Shown in pieces: positions 15,764-26,221 of a DNA stretch of 64,000 nt. Positions within the stretch are counted from its first letter, which is position 1, and every line of letters begins with the position of its first letter. The notes below the pieces were generated by a model, which saw only the letters and a program-made list of their open reading frames with translations, was not told the DNA's origin and did not search any database. The DNA is from Gloeobacterales cyanobacterium (lineage in GTDB: Bacteria; Cyanobacteriota; Cyanobacteriia; Gloeobacterales; PMM-0068): assembly GCA_038245785.1 (NCBI GenBank), contig JBBRSB010000001.1, positions 160,001 to 224,000 of the forward strand, written 5' to 3'. Made by a program: the position numbers and the translations under genes.

Positions 15764-18181
15764 TTACAACCTTAGCTTTTGGGAAGCCTTCGCTTTACGC
15801 AAAACCACACTATCGTTCGTAATTTCTTGGACTAACCAACCATTTCCGACCCGATCTCCTTTGGCAACATCGACACTTTTTTGATTTTCCCCTTGCTGAA
15901 CCTCAATAATCGCCAACCGATTTCCCCCTTGGTCAGCAATGGACTGGAGGCGAAATTTCTCTTGGCTCGCTGGCTTAGTCGTGGGTAAAGGCGCAGCCGC
16001 AGGTACAGGAGGCGGCGCAGGAGTCAGAGTAACGGGAGGATTGGATAAAGCTTGAGCAGGGGATTGGACTTCGGGATTAGGCACCGCTGCGGCAACAGAC
16101 GCTGGAACAGGTTTGGCCGCAGGAGGAGGAGTTGGAGGAGTGGCTAAGGAAGCACGGATGACATCAATCGATAGAGGATTCCAGGCTTGGGCAACAAGAC
16201 TATCGACCAATCCACCATTTTTGTGATTGTTGCGGATCGTGACCAAGAGACTGCCCACTGTTGCGGGCATTGGCGCGTAGGAGAAGGCCGCCAGATAGCG
16301 GTCGCCATAGTTTGCACCGAAGATTACATTTTGACCGCCTGGGTTCGGACTAGGACGGACTTGGAGATTGTCAGCGAGTAGGCTACCTTGGACTCCGAAA
16401 CTGCCCAGAATCTCTACGCCTCCGGTGGTGAACACCTGAGCTTTGATCTGTGCGAGGGGAAGAACTTTTCCTGGAATGCTTTTATACTCCAACCGGGTTA
16501 TCCGTCCGCGACCGACGCCTCCAATAGCTACCACTACCTCGGGGTCGCGTTCAGGATCGGAGGAATTGAGCAGTGCCGGTACCACTGCTACATCCTCACT
16601 AATCGCCACTACTCGCGTATCGAGGGGAAGCGTAATTTTACCAATCGTCACTGCCGAACGAGTACGCCGAATAATTCCCGATGGACTCTGGGGATCTGGG
16701 TTGGTCTCTTTGGTCACGAAGGTAATGGGCTGCCCTTCTTGATTCGCTAAGACGGTGGCAGGAGCCTCAGGACTCAGGGAACGAAAACGGATGGCTGGCT
16801 CTTTAGCAGGCTGGTTAGGATCTGGAGGCTGTTGGTTTTTCGGTGCTAGACCCGCGATTTGGTTTAGCGCTTGAGCACCTGGGTCTTGTGGCTTTGTATC
16901 TTCCTTATCTTCATCCTTGGCATTCACCAGAATCGAAAGACTATCCTCTGGATTTTCGGGCAATAAACTGAGATTTTCGAGGACTAAACTTCCCTGGACA
17001 ATCAGCGTGCCTCGCCCCCGATAGCGGAAGGCTGCAAAATTATCCGCTGTGATCGAAAGGGATTTGACTACGAGGATTCCATAGCGGGCTTTAGAAAAAT
17101 CGAAGACCCTTTCCTTTGCGTCATAGATCAGCTCTTTTTCGTCACTGAGCAGATTTTGGTCTTGGCGGAAATCCTTTGCTTGAGTTCCACGAGCGGCCAG
17201 CCAATCAATCAGCTTTTCTGGTAAGTAGGGCTCTAACGATTCTTGGGCCAGATGTTCTGGCGTTACTTTCCAACTGGCTGGAGACTCTACCGAAAGCCGA
17301 TCATTCGGCCCAGAAAAGATCAGGGCGTCGGACTTCAGATTGTCTCTGTAAAACTGATTGAGCGAGGGATCTTTCTCTTTGTCCAGTTTGGCGCTTAGCA
17401 CTTTGACGTTATTTTTGATGACCACGCTTTGAGCGGCCGTACTCTGTATCCACACGGGTCCGGTTACTTGAATCGCAGAGAAGGGTTGGTTGGAGCCTTC
17501 TATATTCAGAGCAGGAGCCTTGGCCTCTTTGCTTAGTAAAGTCAAACCGGATTCTGGGCGCTGATGGACCATGGGCTGATTGAGATTGACCGAAATTTCC
17601 AGGTTTTGGGAAAGTAGTTTCTTGGCTTGGGGATTCTTCTGTCCCAAGACTTCTCCGACCACATCTACCGTGCGTCGCGCCACGTTCGTCTTGCCTTCTG
17701 TTTGCAGCAGCGTTTCCAGATTGATTGGAAACCATTGGACAGGGCCAAAACGATAGAGCCACCAACGCTGTGCTCCGTCCTGCCTTAGCCAGGGAGCTGG
17801 GGTCTCTTCGTAGGCTGTCGGGAGCAGATCCTCGGTTACCAAATCATCTAAGGTGTTCTCGTCACTGGTGCCCAAAGGTTCTGTTTTTCGGAAACGGGCA
17901 AAATAGAGTTCATCTCCGTTAAAGCTAAGCTGCAAGGGACTTGTCCGGTCCGGTAAGGCTCCACCATCAGAAGCCACATCTAGCAAAATGGACTTCGCTT
18001 CCGTGCGCATAGTAGCCAGCCCACTCTCAGCCGCATAGCCTGCACCCACCCGACTGCGTTGCCAGACAGAACGTTGGAGCTGTTGACTACTGCTGAACAC
18101 CAGCGTCGTTACCAGGACCAAGAGCAGGGCACTGATAAAAACGACCAAGGGTAGGGACAAGCCCTTAGTATTTCTGTCCAT
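15764..18181 (-). CDS. Large PilX-like prepilin protein with a Pro-rich linker and a C-terminal PilP/GspC-like domain
   Basis: Start reassigned to ATG 18181: MDRNTKG|LSLPLVVFISALLL (class III signal), then A.YAAESGL (PilX N-terminal motif). C-terminus LQSI...LAII.V.......V.KGD.VG.GW.V..I....V.L. Confidence 0.6.
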   Translation of the reverse strand: MDRNTKGLSLPLVVFISALLLVLVTTLVFSSSQQLQRSVWQRSRVGAGYAAESGLATMRTEAKSILLDVASDGGALPDRTSPLQLSFNGDELYFARFRKTEPLGTSDENTLDDLVTEDLLPTAYEETPAPWLRQDGAQRWWLYRFGPVQWFPINLETLLQTEGKTNVARRTVDVVGEVLGQKNPQAKKLLSQNLEISVNLNQPMVHQRPESGLTLLSKEAKAPALNIEGSNQPFSAIQVTGPVWIQSTAAQSVVIKNNVKVLSAKLDKEKDPSLNQFYRDNLKSDALIFSGPNDRLSVESPASWKVTPEHLAQESLEPYLPEKLIDWLAARGTQAKDFRQDQNLLSDEKELIYDAKERVFDFSKARYGILVVKSLSITADNFAAFRYRGRGTLIVQGSLVLENLSLLPENPEDSLSILVNAKDEDKEDTKPQDPGAQALNQIAGLAPKNQQPPDPNQPAKEPAIRFRSLSPEAPATVLANQEGQPITFVTKETNPDPQSPSGIIRRTRSAVTIGKITLPLDTRVVAISEDVAVVPALLNSSDPERDPEVVVAIGGVGRGRITRLEYKSIPGKVLPLAQIKAQVFTTGGVEILGSFGVQGSLLADNLQVRPSPNPGGQNVIFGANYGDRYLAAFSYAPMPATVGSLLVTIRNNHKNGGLVDSLVAQAWNPLSIDVIRASLATPPTPPPAAKPVPASVAAAVPNPEVQSPAQALSNPPVTLTPAPPPVPAAAPLPTTKPASQEKFRLQSIADQGGNRLAIIEVQQGENQKSVDVAKGDRVGNGWLVQEITNDSVVLRKAKASQKLRL

Positions 18182-18268
18182 GATTCGATGTGTAGCAGGC
18201 AACCTAGACAAGATCTTAATACCCGCCCGGCTCTCCACTATCCCATCTAAGTAGCCAGGTGGAATCAG

Positions 18269-18319
18269 AAGACCCCCTATAGTCCCCCTTAGAAAGGGGG
18301 ACGGCGATAGCCGGGGGTT
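18269..18319. repeat. Dispersed palindromic repeat family A, copy 1
   Basis: AAGACCCCCTATAGTCCCCCTT-AGA-AAGGGGGAC-GGCGATAGCC-GGGGGTT; matches copies at 53538 and 62941. Confidence 0.9.
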
Positions 18320-18461
18320 AGTACGCACCCAACATAGAACCTTTGGGCCTCGGGATAAGGTAACGACTTTCTTCGTAACCCTTAAAATTCTTGTCAAAAA
18401 GAACGTTTAGACCGATGATTAAAGACTGTGTTTTTTAGTGGTAGCCCCGAAGGGCCTCTTT

Positions 18462-18887
18462 ATGGCGAAGAAAGTTTCAGCAATTGTAAAACTTGCCCTG
18501 CCTGCAGGGAAAGCAAACCCAGCCCCTCCTGTCGGCCCTGCTCTTGGTCAGCACGGCGTCAATATCATGATGTTCTGCAAAGAGTACAATGCCCGGACCG
18601 CCGATCAGGCGGGCATGATCATCCCTGCAGAGATCACTATTTTTGAAGACCGTTCCTTCACCTTTGTCCTGAAAACGCCTCCTGCCTCCGTCTTATTGAC
18701 GCAAGCAGCAGGAATACCCAAAGGTTCTGGCAAACCCAACACCGAAATGGTCGGGTCTATTAGCCGCGATAAGCTCAGGGAAATTGCAGAAGTCAAAAGG
18801 GTAGACCTCAATGCCAATGACATCGATGCCGCGATGAAGATTATTGCCGGAACCGCGCGCAATATGGGCATTGCCATCCAAGACTGA
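18462..18887 (+). CDS. rplK: 50S ribosomal protein L11
   Basis: MAKKV...[35 protein letters not shown] ... [10 protein letters not shown]. Confidence 0.98.
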   Translation: MAKKVSAIVKLALPAGKANPAPPVGPALGQHGVNIMMFCKEYNARTADQAGMIIPAEITIFEDRSFTFVLKTPPASVLLTQAAGIPKGSGKPNTEMVGSISRDKLREIAEVKRVDLNANDIDAAMKIIAGTARNMGIAIQD

Positions 18888-18918
18888 TGTTTTTGCTTGG
18901 TTAATAATAAATAGATAG

Positions 18919-18948
18919 ATAGGGCAAGGCAAACGTCTTGTCCTATTT
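18919..18948 (+). terminator. Hairpin after rplK (probable terminator)
   Basis: ATAGGGCAAG pairs with CTTGTCCTAT, followed by a short T run. Confidence 0.55.
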
Positions 18949-19041
18949 GCTATGGACCCACTTTCCTAAGGCTTTGCAGAAGCTGACTCAAATTTGGCAT
19001 GCACATAGTATGGTGATCACTGGAAAGAAGGAGCCATCGGG

Positions 19042-19827
19042 ATGCTTGATCAAAAAATTTCTAGGGGGCAAGTTTATATTGTCGGAGCTGGCCCCGGAGA
19101 CCTGGACCTGATTACCGTGCGCGGGCAGAGACGCTTAGCGAGTGCAGATGTGGTGCTCTATACGGGTTCATTAGTCCCGGAGTACATGCTGGACTATTGC
19201 CAGCCAGAAGTTGAGCGCATTGATACCCGGTCTTTAGTGTTAGAAGAATGGTTGCCCCTGGTCCTGGAGCGCGTACAGGCTGGAAAAACGGTGGTTCGTC
19301 TGCAGGATGGGGACCCTTCGCTGTATGGTGCTCTACACGAACTGATGGTGAATCTTTGGAAGCATGAGGTGCCGTTTGAAATAGTGCCAGGGGTGAGTGC
19401 TTTTCAGGCCGCTGCCGCCCGTTTAAAGGTAGAACTAACCGTCCCAAACTTGGTCCAGAGCATCATCCTCACCCGTGCGCAAGGACAAACGGAAGTACCG
19501 AGCAGCGAAGACTTAGCCTCTCTTGCTGCCCATCGCGCTTCTTTGTGTCTCTATCTCAGTGCCCATCACTGCACCAAGGCTGAAGAACAGTTGCTCCTCC
19601 ACTATCCTCCTGAAACGCCAATGGCCCTTTGTTATCGTCTAGGCTGGCCGGATGAGCAGGTACAAATTGGGCGTTTGGATGAAATGGCCCAGCTCACCCG
19701 TGAGGCAAAACTAAACCGGACCGTGCTCTATATCATTAGCCCTGCCTTAGAGGGCTCCCCTGAAGCGCGTTCTCAGCTCTACAGTGCTGGACATGCCCAT
19801 ATCTTTCGGCCTCATCAAACGGCCTAA
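19042..19827 (+). CDS. cobM: Precorrin-4 C11-methyltransferase
   Basis: VGAGPGD.DLITVRG, LYTGSLVP, RLQDGDPSLYG, ELTVP.LVQ.IILTR and RS.LYS. Confidence 0.93.
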   Translation: MLDQKISRGQVYIVGAGPGDLDLITVRGQRRLASADVVLYTGSLVPEYMLDYCQPEVERIDTRSLVLEEWLPLVLERVQAGKTVVRLQDGDPSLYGALHELMVNLWKHEVPFEIVPGVSAFQAAAARLKVELTVPNLVQSIILTRAQGQTEVPSSEDLASLAAHRASLCLYLSAHHCTKAEEQLLLHYPPETPMALCYRLGWPDEQVQIGRLDEMAQLTREAKLNRTVLYIISPALEGSPEARSQLYSAGHAHIFRPHQTA

Positions 19828-19863
19828 GGATTGGCAATGCTTTGGTTATGCAGGAACTACAGA

Positions 19864-20529
19864 TTAATTAACCAACGTAGGGCCATCTTTTTGCTTATTT
19901 TTGAGATAGGCAAATACAGACTTATCACCAATATCTGGAGGAATCGCTTGGATTGCTTTGCGGAAAGCGAAGACCAGAAATAAGCTGGCCCAGATTCCTA
20001 AGAGGACCTGCTCCCAGAGAAGAGGCATCAGTCCAAACAGGTGCCCCAGAATAAGGACAGGAACGAGAAAGGTTAGGAACTTAGTCTCAAAGCGATTGAA
20101 ACAAAAAGTCTCTTTGAAGAAAATTCCAGTCAAGGCTGCGAAGGTAAATCCAATACCAAAGAGAGCTAGGGGCTGATTATAGATAGTCAAGGCCAGCGGT
20201 TGGGGGTCTTGCAGTTCAAACCATAAGGCCGCGATAGTGCCGATGCCCCAGAAGATTTGTAAGATGCGATGCAGCCAAGCCATATAGATATGAATCGTTG
20301 CTAAAGCCACACCCATCGCTATCGAAAAAATAAGATAGAGCACAGAGACTATATTCAGCACCAACGGGTCATTGCCCTGCCATAGGATAGCGGCTGTTCC
20401 GAGAGCAAAGCACACTGCTGCCACACCAAGCGCACCGCGATAGACAATCACGCTCTGACGGTCCTGGTCGGTAATGGTGAATTCACCAAATTGCCCTTGG
20501 TAGACTTCTGATTCGTGGAGACTCGTCAT
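19864..20529 (-). CDS. DUF2301 membrane protein
   Basis: YQGQFGEFTIT..D, IHIY...LH, FKE.FCF and DIGDKSVF. Confidence 0.88.
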   Translation of the reverse strand: MTSLHESEVYQGQFGEFTITDQDRQSVIVYRGALGVAAVCFALGTAAILWQGNDPLVLNIVSVLYLIFSIAMGVALATIHIYMAWLHRILQIFWGIGTIAALWFELQDPQPLALTIYNQPLALFGIGFTFAALTGIFFKETFCFNRFETKFLTFLVPVLILGHLFGLMPLLWEQVLLGIWASLFLVFAFRKAIQAIPPDIGDKSVFAYLKNKQKDGPTLVN

Positions 20530-20827
20530 CGCTGGATCCTGTTTTAGTTTCTCTACGGCTAGTTTTCTGCCAGTAGATCTCGACTTTAGATCTCTAGCTT
20601 GGCAGATTTTAGGCTGGGAAACAGGGGTTCGTTACAAAGATCAGGAATAGCGTTTGATCAGGTGCTGAACCGAGAGGGCGGTGAAGTTCCACTGCCTGAA
20701 GATGTTCTGGATTGATTGGGAGAAGGGCACAGATGCACTGGAGTCTGCCTAACCTGTGTCTGTAAGGGTACGATATGAGGGTAAACCTTGACGCTAATCC
20801 TCCTGCTGGCCGATAAGGAGATATAAA

Positions 20828-21103
20828 GTGGCTGTACAGTTCCGAGAGAAAGCATTGATGGCGTATGAAACCATGCCATCGAATCAACAAAGTAAGGTTT
20901 CTCGGGTAATACAGCAGCTAGATGCCAACAACTCACAGCACTTAAATTCTCACATACTCAAGAATCAGGATTTAGATACGTGGGTAGTTAGGGTGGACAA
21001 AAGTGTGCGGCTACTCTTTACAAAAACCGATCAGGGCTTTTTGATAATTGATATTATCGACCGCAATAAGGAAGATATTAGTGATTACACTGCTTCCTTA
21101 TAA
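20828..21103 (+). CDS. RelE/ParE-like protein (putative orphan toxin)
   Basis: AAGGAG RBS; 91 aa; RelE-like pattern including WVVRVDKSVRLLF...FLIIDII.R. Confidence 0.6.
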   Translation: MAVQFREKALMAYETMPSNQQSKVSRVIQQLDANNSQHLNSHILKNQDLDTWVVRVDKSVRLLFTKTDQGFLIIDIIDRNKEDISDYTASL

Positions 21104-21180
21104 GTTTGACATCAACGAGTGTGATAAACAGCTCCAAGAACTGCAAAGCTTTCTAACAGCCAATCTAGAGATCAAAAAAG

Positions 21181-21660
21181 CTACACGCCTGCGGCTAGTT
21201 TTGTAACCCAGTCTTTTAGGGGTTCCCAACGCACTTTTTTCTTGTCATAGCCGACTTCCACAACGATTTTAAGCCGTTTCTCTCCATCGGCAAGCTTAAC
21301 TAAATAAGCAAGCTCCTGAGAAGACAAAACGTACCCTTCAATCAACCAGAGGAGTAGACCTTTTTGTTTGGGCGTCAGGGTTTGCAGCCCAGTCTGAATG
21401 ATTGGGGGGAAAGTTTGTGTATAGACGGAATTCTTGCCCAGATGAGCAGGCCGAATCGTGTAGTCCTCTGACAGAAAGCGGGCCATATCCCCTAAGCCAC
21501 GGGCCGACATGTGGATGGAGCCATAGCCTGTCGCCCTCATCCGCCGTTGATAATCACCTTCAAAACCGCCCATGTGCGGGTACCACAGGGCCAAAGAGTT
21601 ATTTTTTTCTAGGTCAGGAACGAAACTGCCGCCAGAACCAATGCCAAGGAAAACGCCCAT
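21181..21660 (-). CDS. ndhN: NAD(P)H-quinone oxidoreductase (NDH-1) subunit N
   Basis: DLEK...LA, GGFEG.YQRR.RA.GY, SARGLGD, RPAHLGK and KGL.LW.IEG.VLS.QE. Confidence 0.9.
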   Translation of the reverse strand: MGVFLGIGSGGSFVPDLEKNNSLALWYPHMGGFEGDYQRRMRATGYGSIHMSARGLGDMARFLSEDYTIRPAHLGKNSVYTQTFPPIIQTGLQTLTPKQKGLLLWLIEGYVLSSQELAYLVKLADGEKRLKIVVEVGYDKKKVRWEPLKDWVTKLAAGV

Positions 21661-21811
21661 AGGTAGAAATACGTTCATTACATATTCTTAAGGCTAGCAC
21701 CGTTATGCACGAGTGGCGGGAGCTCAGCGAGGAGACCAAAATGGGAAGTATGAGTTAAACAGTAGAGAGAACGAGTAGTAAAGTGTCCCAGAGCATCTAT
21801 GGAGAGGACCG

Positions 21812-22831
21812 ATGACTAGTACCATGCCTACCAAGTTCGCTTTCACCGACATCAGCGGTAAAGCTTTTGAACATCCGGCGGACCGTGCTGCTACGGCGGC
21901 CTTGAAACAAATCCCCTTCTTGGATGTAGCGATTAAGAAGCTGATTGAATTTGGCTATGAGCGTTCCTACAGACAGTTCTTTCTGGCAAACTCCGTCAAA
22001 ATTGGTCCTGAGCAGCTGCCACACACCTGGATGCTTTTTGAAGATGCAATGGATGTCCTGGATATTGGCCCCTACCGCCCGGATCTATACGTTTTCCAGA
22101 ATCCTACCCGCAATGCTTTTACGCTCGGTGCAGACCGTCCGATTGTGGTCTTACAGTCCGGTTTGGTGTCCATGCTGGAGGACCGAGAACTCCAGAGTGT
22201 GATGGCTCATGAATTGGGGCATATCCTCTCTGAACATGTGATGTACAAGACCGCCCTGAATATCCTGCTCCAACTGGGAAACTCGGCCGTTGGCCTGGGT
22301 GCTTTGCCTCTCACAGCCCTGCGCTTGGCTTTACTAGAGTGGGACCGCGCTTCTGAATTGACCTGTGACCGCTGTGCCACCCTTATGGTCCGCGACCCGA
22401 TGGTTTACAGTGCAACCTTGATGAAACTGGCTGGAGGCGGAGTGCTGGAGAATTTGAACCTGAATGCCTTTATTAAACAAGCCGAAGCCTACGAAGAATC
22501 AGAAGATTACGCCGATAAGACGCTGCGCTTCATGCTGGAAATCGGGACCACCCATCCATTCCCCGTCCGGCGCGTCTCTGAACTGCTGCGCTGGGTGCGC
22601 TCTGGTAACTATGACCGGATTTTGCGGGGAGATTACATTCGCAGGGGCTACGAACCGCCCATGGATAAGGAATTTGAGCGGATGGTGGACCACTACTCCC
22701 GCACCTTCTCTGACCTCTTGGGTTCTGCAGGCAAAGGCTTAAAGGGATTTTCCAAGGATCTGGCGGATTGGCTAGACCGTCAAAATGAGCAGGTAAATCG
22801 GCAGCGTAGACAGCAAGAAGGCGAGTCTTAA
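21812..22831 (+). CDS. M48-family metallopeptidase
   Basis: FEHPAD, NAFTLG, HELGH zinc motif, E.TCDR and THPFPVRR. Confidence 0.88.
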   Translation: MTSTMPTKFAFTDISGKAFEHPADRAATAALKQIPFLDVAIKKLIEFGYERSYRQFFLANSVKIGPEQLPHTWMLFEDAMDVLDIGPYRPDLYVFQNPTRNAFTLGADRPIVVLQSGLVSMLEDRELQSVMAHELGHILSEHVMYKTALNILLQLGNSAVGLGALPLTALRLALLEWDRASELTCDRCATLMVRDPMVYSATLMKLAGGGVLENLNLNAFIKQAEAYEESEDYADKTLRFMLEIGTTHPFPVRRVSELLRWVRSGNYDRILRGDYIRRGYEPPMDKEFERMVDHYSRTFSDLLGSAGKGLKGFSKDLADWLDRQNEQVNRQRRQQEGES

Positions 22832-22883
22832 TCACAAGAGCCCTAAGCTGTGGCAGTCTGGAGGAATAGTTATCTCTTCTGAC

Positions 22884-24104
22884 ATGAATACGATGGCGTC
22901 CGCTTCCCTGCTTGCTGAACTTGCTGATGACACGTCCACCTCGATTCCGAGACGCAAAACCCGTCCTGTGCCCGTGGGCTCAGTGATCATTGGCGGCGAG
23001 CATCCCGTAGTCGTCCAGTCGATGATCAATGAAGACACTCTAGACATTGAAGGCTCCGTGCGGGCGATTCGGGAGCTGCATGAGCTGGGTTGTGAATTGG
23101 TACGGGTAACGGTACCTAGCTTGAGCCATGCGCGTGCCCTCGAAAAGATTCGCAAAATCTTAGAAGACACCTATCAACCTGTGCCCTTGGTGGCGGATGT
23201 CCATCATGACGGTTTGAAAATTGCCCTGGAAGTAGCTAAGCACGTAGATAAAGTGCGTATTAATCCTGGCCTTTTTGTTTTTGAGCGTCGGCGTACTTCT
23301 GGAGAATATAGCCAAGAAGAACTGAATGCCGTCCACCAGTCGATTGTGGAATCGTTGAAGCCCCTTGTAGAGAGTCTGGCGAGCCAGAATAAGGCGATGC
23401 GCATCGGTGTGAATCATGGCTCTCTGGCAGAGCGGATGCTCTACATGTATGGGGACACACCCTTGGGCATGGTGGAATCGGCCCTGGAATTCGTGCAAAT
23501 TTGTGAGCAATTGGACTATCACAATTTGGTGATCTCGTTCAAGGCTTCCCGCGTCCCGGTCATGTTGGCCGCCTACCGTTTGGCCGCTCGCCGCTTCGAT
23601 GCTTTAGGACTGGACTATCCCTTTCACCTAGGCGTCACCGAAGCAGGCGACGGCGAATATGGTCGAATTAAATCGACCGCTGGCATTGGAACGCTGTTGG
23701 CAGAAGGCATAGGCGATACGATCCGCGTTTCCTTGACCGAAGATCCGAAGAAGGAAATCCCTGTCTGCTATGGCATTCTCCAAGCCTTGGGCCTACGCAA
23801 AACGATGGTCGAATACGTCGCTTGCCCTAGCTGCGGACGGACCTTGTTCAACCTGGAAGAAGTCCTGCACAAAGTTCGTCAAGCTACGATTCACCTGACT
23901 GGATTAGACATTGCCGTCATGGGTTGTATTGTGAACGGCCCCGGAGAGATGGCCGACGCTGATTATGGCTATGTTGGCAAAGGTCTAGGAACGATTGCCC
24001 TTTATCGCGGCAAAGAAGAAATCAAACGGGTGCCCGAAGCAGAAGGGGTAGACCAATTGGTCGCCCTGATCAAATCAGATGGTCGTTGGGTAGACCCAGA
24101 ATAA
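22884..24104 (+). CDS. ispG: (E)-4-hydroxy-3-methylbut-2-enyl-diphosphate synthase
   Basis: [40 protein letters not shown] and [10 protein letters not shown]. Confidence 0.97.
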   Translation: MNTMASASLLAELADDTSTSIPRRKTRPVPVGSVIIGGEHPVVVQSMINEDTLDIEGSVRAIRELHELGCELVRVTVPSLSHARALEKIRKILEDTYQPVPLVADVHHDGLKIALEVAKHVDKVRINPGLFVFERRRTSGEYSQEELNAVHQSIVESLKPLVESLASQNKAMRIGVNHGSLAERMLYMYGDTPLGMVESALEFVQICEQLDYHNLVISFKASRVPVMLAAYRLAARRFDALGLDYPFHLGVTEAGDGEYGRIKSTAGIGTLLAEGIGDTIRVSLTEDPKKEIPVCYGILQALGLRKTMVEYVACPSCGRTLFNLEEVLHKVRQATIHLTGLDIAVMGCIVNGPGEMADADYGYVGKGLGTIALYRGKEEIKRVPEAEGVDQLVALIKSDGRWVDPE

Positions 24105-24214
24105 TGCATCCAACCCAACATTCCGTAGAGGCGCAATATATTGCGCCTCTGCTTGCGCATCCCAATAATTGACGTCCACAAAAAATCCAATGTCAGCATC
24201 CCGATAATTAATAT

Positions 24215-24499
24215 TCACGAAAAATTCAGGGGCAGCGAAACAGCCTTACCTACGCGAGGCCGTTCCTTAGTTTGTGCAATAAAAGTTCGTACTTGATCAC
24301 TGACAGCCCACTCATCTAGAAAGTAAGAAATTCTTTCTAAACGTTGCGCATATTGTTCTTCTGTAAACGGAAAAGAAGCCTGTCCTAAGTAGGCCCACAT
24401 CACCTGGAAGAACCTACGTTCCCCACGCACAGCCACTTGGACATCGTAGGACCGATCCCACTTGTCTTCAATCAGTTGTCTTAGTTCACTACCAGTCAT
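24215..24499 (-). CDS. DUF3067 family protein
   Basis: KW.RSYDVQ, QVMW.YL.QASFP and RPRVGKAVS.PL; divergent from petC as in other cyanobacteria. Confidence 0.9.
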   Translation of the reverse strand: MTGSELRQLIEDKWDRSYDVQVAVRGERRFFQVMWAYLGQASFPFTEEQYAQRLERISYFLDEWAVSDQVRTFIAQTKERPRVGKAVSLPLNFS

Positions 24500-24613
24500 A
24501 GGTTTCGTTGCAGTTCTTTACATTGAATAAGGGGATCAGATCGCCTCTTTCCGTTAAGATGTGTGTGCAGAATTTATTAACCTTTTACGAGCTCCTCCGT
24601 TCCAGGGTATTCC

Positions 24614-25168
24614 ATGACACAAAACGTTGAACAAATTCCTGTTGGCCGCCGTCAGTTTCTCACATTCTTGACAGGGGGAGCTATCACTGGAGTTACGCTA
24701 GCAGCTCTCTATCCAGTGATTTCGTATTTTACTCCTCCTACCGCTGCTGGTGCTGGCGCTGGCGTCGTAGCCAAGGATGGACTGGGTAAAGAAATTAAAG
24801 TGAGTGCCTTATTAGCTACTGCTGCACCCAGTGCACACATCATTTCTCAGGGACTCACTATCAAAGGTGGGGATGCTACCTATATCGTAGTCACCGATGC
24901 CAAGCAAGTCGCTAACTACGGTGTGAATGCAGTCTGCACCCACTTAGGTTGTGTTGTCCCTTATGATGCTGGAGCAGGAAAGTTCCAATGCCCTTGTCAT
25001 GGTTCGCAATACGCTGCTGACGGTGGCTTGCTGCGTGGACCGGCTCCCCAACCGCTGGCTTTGGCAAAAGCCGCTGTAAAGGATGACAAAGTAGTCTTCT
25101 CTCCCTGGGAAGGGGATGACTTCCGTAGCACTCCCATGTGGAGCCAGAAAAAGCCGTGGTGGTCGTAA
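24614..25168 (+). CDS. petC: Cytochrome b6f Rieske iron-sulfur subunit
   Basis: Tat motif RRQFL, CTHLGCVV, CPCHGS and GPAP. Confidence 0.97.
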   Translation: MTQNVEQIPVGRRQFLTFLTGGAITGVTLAALYPVISYFTPPTAAGAGAGVVAKDGLGKEIKVSALLATAAPSAHIISQGLTIKGGDATYIVVTDAKQVANYGVNAVCTHLGCVVPYDAGAGKFQCPCHGSQYAADGGLLRGPAPQPLALAKAAVKDDKVVFSPWEGDDFRSTPMWSQKKPWWS

Positions 25169-25191
25169 ACCTTAAGAGAAGTAAGTCCCCG

Positions 25192-26172
25192 ATGAAAAAA
25201 TTTCTAGCACTCACCGTATCCATGCTGACCCTTTTCGCAGCAGGTTCCGCTCAAGCTTATCCTCAGTTCGCGGCCAACTACAAAGAAGCACGGGACGCCT
25301 CCGGACGTATTGCCTGTGCTAACTGCCATTTAGGCGTTAAAGAGACTGAAGTTGAGCTTCCTCAGACCATTTTGCCCGGCCAAGTGTTCGAAGCCAAAAT
25401 CAAAGTTCCCTACGACAACAAGGCTCAAGAAGTCTATGCCGATGGGAGCAAAGGACCGCTCCAGGTAGGCGCGATTCTGATTATGCCCAAAGGTTTCCGT
25501 CTGGCTGAAGGCAAGGAAATCCCCAAGGAACTCGCAGAAAAAATCGAGAAAGGAGTTCTTCCCTCAGCGGCTCCAATTGCGGATGACAAACCCTATGAGC
25601 TGCTCGTGGGCCCTCATCCTGGTGCGGACCTGCCAGATAAAGAAATCGTCATCCCCGTGAAAGCTCCAGATCCTGGTGTGGATAAGAAGGTCAACTTTGG
25701 TAAGTACTCCTTCTACTTTGGTGGGAACCGAGGTCGGGGTCAGGTCTATCCCACGGGAACTGCCAGCAACAATGCAGTATTTACAGCCAAGGCAGAAGGT
25801 ACTATTGCCAACATCCAAAAAGGCGTGAAAGTCACACTGGGTACTGGGGAGGGTGCTACTGATTACGAAAAGGGAGCCTTGATTACAATCAAGACTAAAG
25901 AAGGTAAGCAAGACGTTGAAAAAATCCCACCCGGACCTGAATTGAAGGTTAAAGTCGGCGATGCGGTAAAAGTCGGCGATCCCTTAACCAACGATCCCAA
26001 TGTCGGCGGCTATGGTCAGGCGGAGCGAGACATTGTTCTGCAGGATCCTCAGCGTGTAGTTTGGCTCTTAGTAGCACTGGGTGCTGCCTTCCTTTGCCAG
26101 TTGCTTCTAGTGCTTAAGAAGAAACAGGTGGAGAAAGTACAAGAGTATGAGGCCCAGCAGCAAGGACTGTAA
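25192..26172 (+). CDS. petA: Apocytochrome f
   Basis: Signal peptide AQA|YP, CANCH, GGNRGRGQVYP, PNVGG.GQ and C-terminal TM with LKKKQ.EKVQ; start at ATG 25192. Confidence 0.97.
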   Translation: MKKFLALTVSMLTLFAAGSAQAYPQFAANYKEARDASGRIACANCHLGVKETEVELPQTILPGQVFEAKIKVPYDNKAQEVYADGSKGPLQVGAILIMPKGFRLAEGKEIPKELAEKIEKGVLPSAAPIADDKPYELLVGPHPGADLPDKEIVIPVKAPDPGVDKKVNFGKYSFYFGGNRGRGQVYPTGTASNNAVFTAKAEGTIANIQKGVKVTLGTGEGATDYEKGALITIKTKEGKQDVEKIPPGPELKVKVGDAVKVGDPLTNDPNVGGYGQAERDIVLQDPQRVVWLLVALGAAFLCQLLLVLKKKQVEKVQEYEAQQQGL

Positions 26173-26192
26173 GGTCATTACACGACTTCTGT

Positions 26193-26221
26193 CACCCCTG
26201 GCTTAGGCTGGGGGTGTTTTT
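26193..26221 (+). terminator. Intrinsic terminator of petCA
   Basis: CACCCCTGGC-TTAG-GCTGGGGGTG followed by TTTTT. Confidence 0.8.

Noticed and set aside
18182..18397. N-terminal 72 aa of ORF 15764..18397
   Set aside because: It runs through the palindromic repeat and the rplK promoter region; the prepilin signal starts at 18181.
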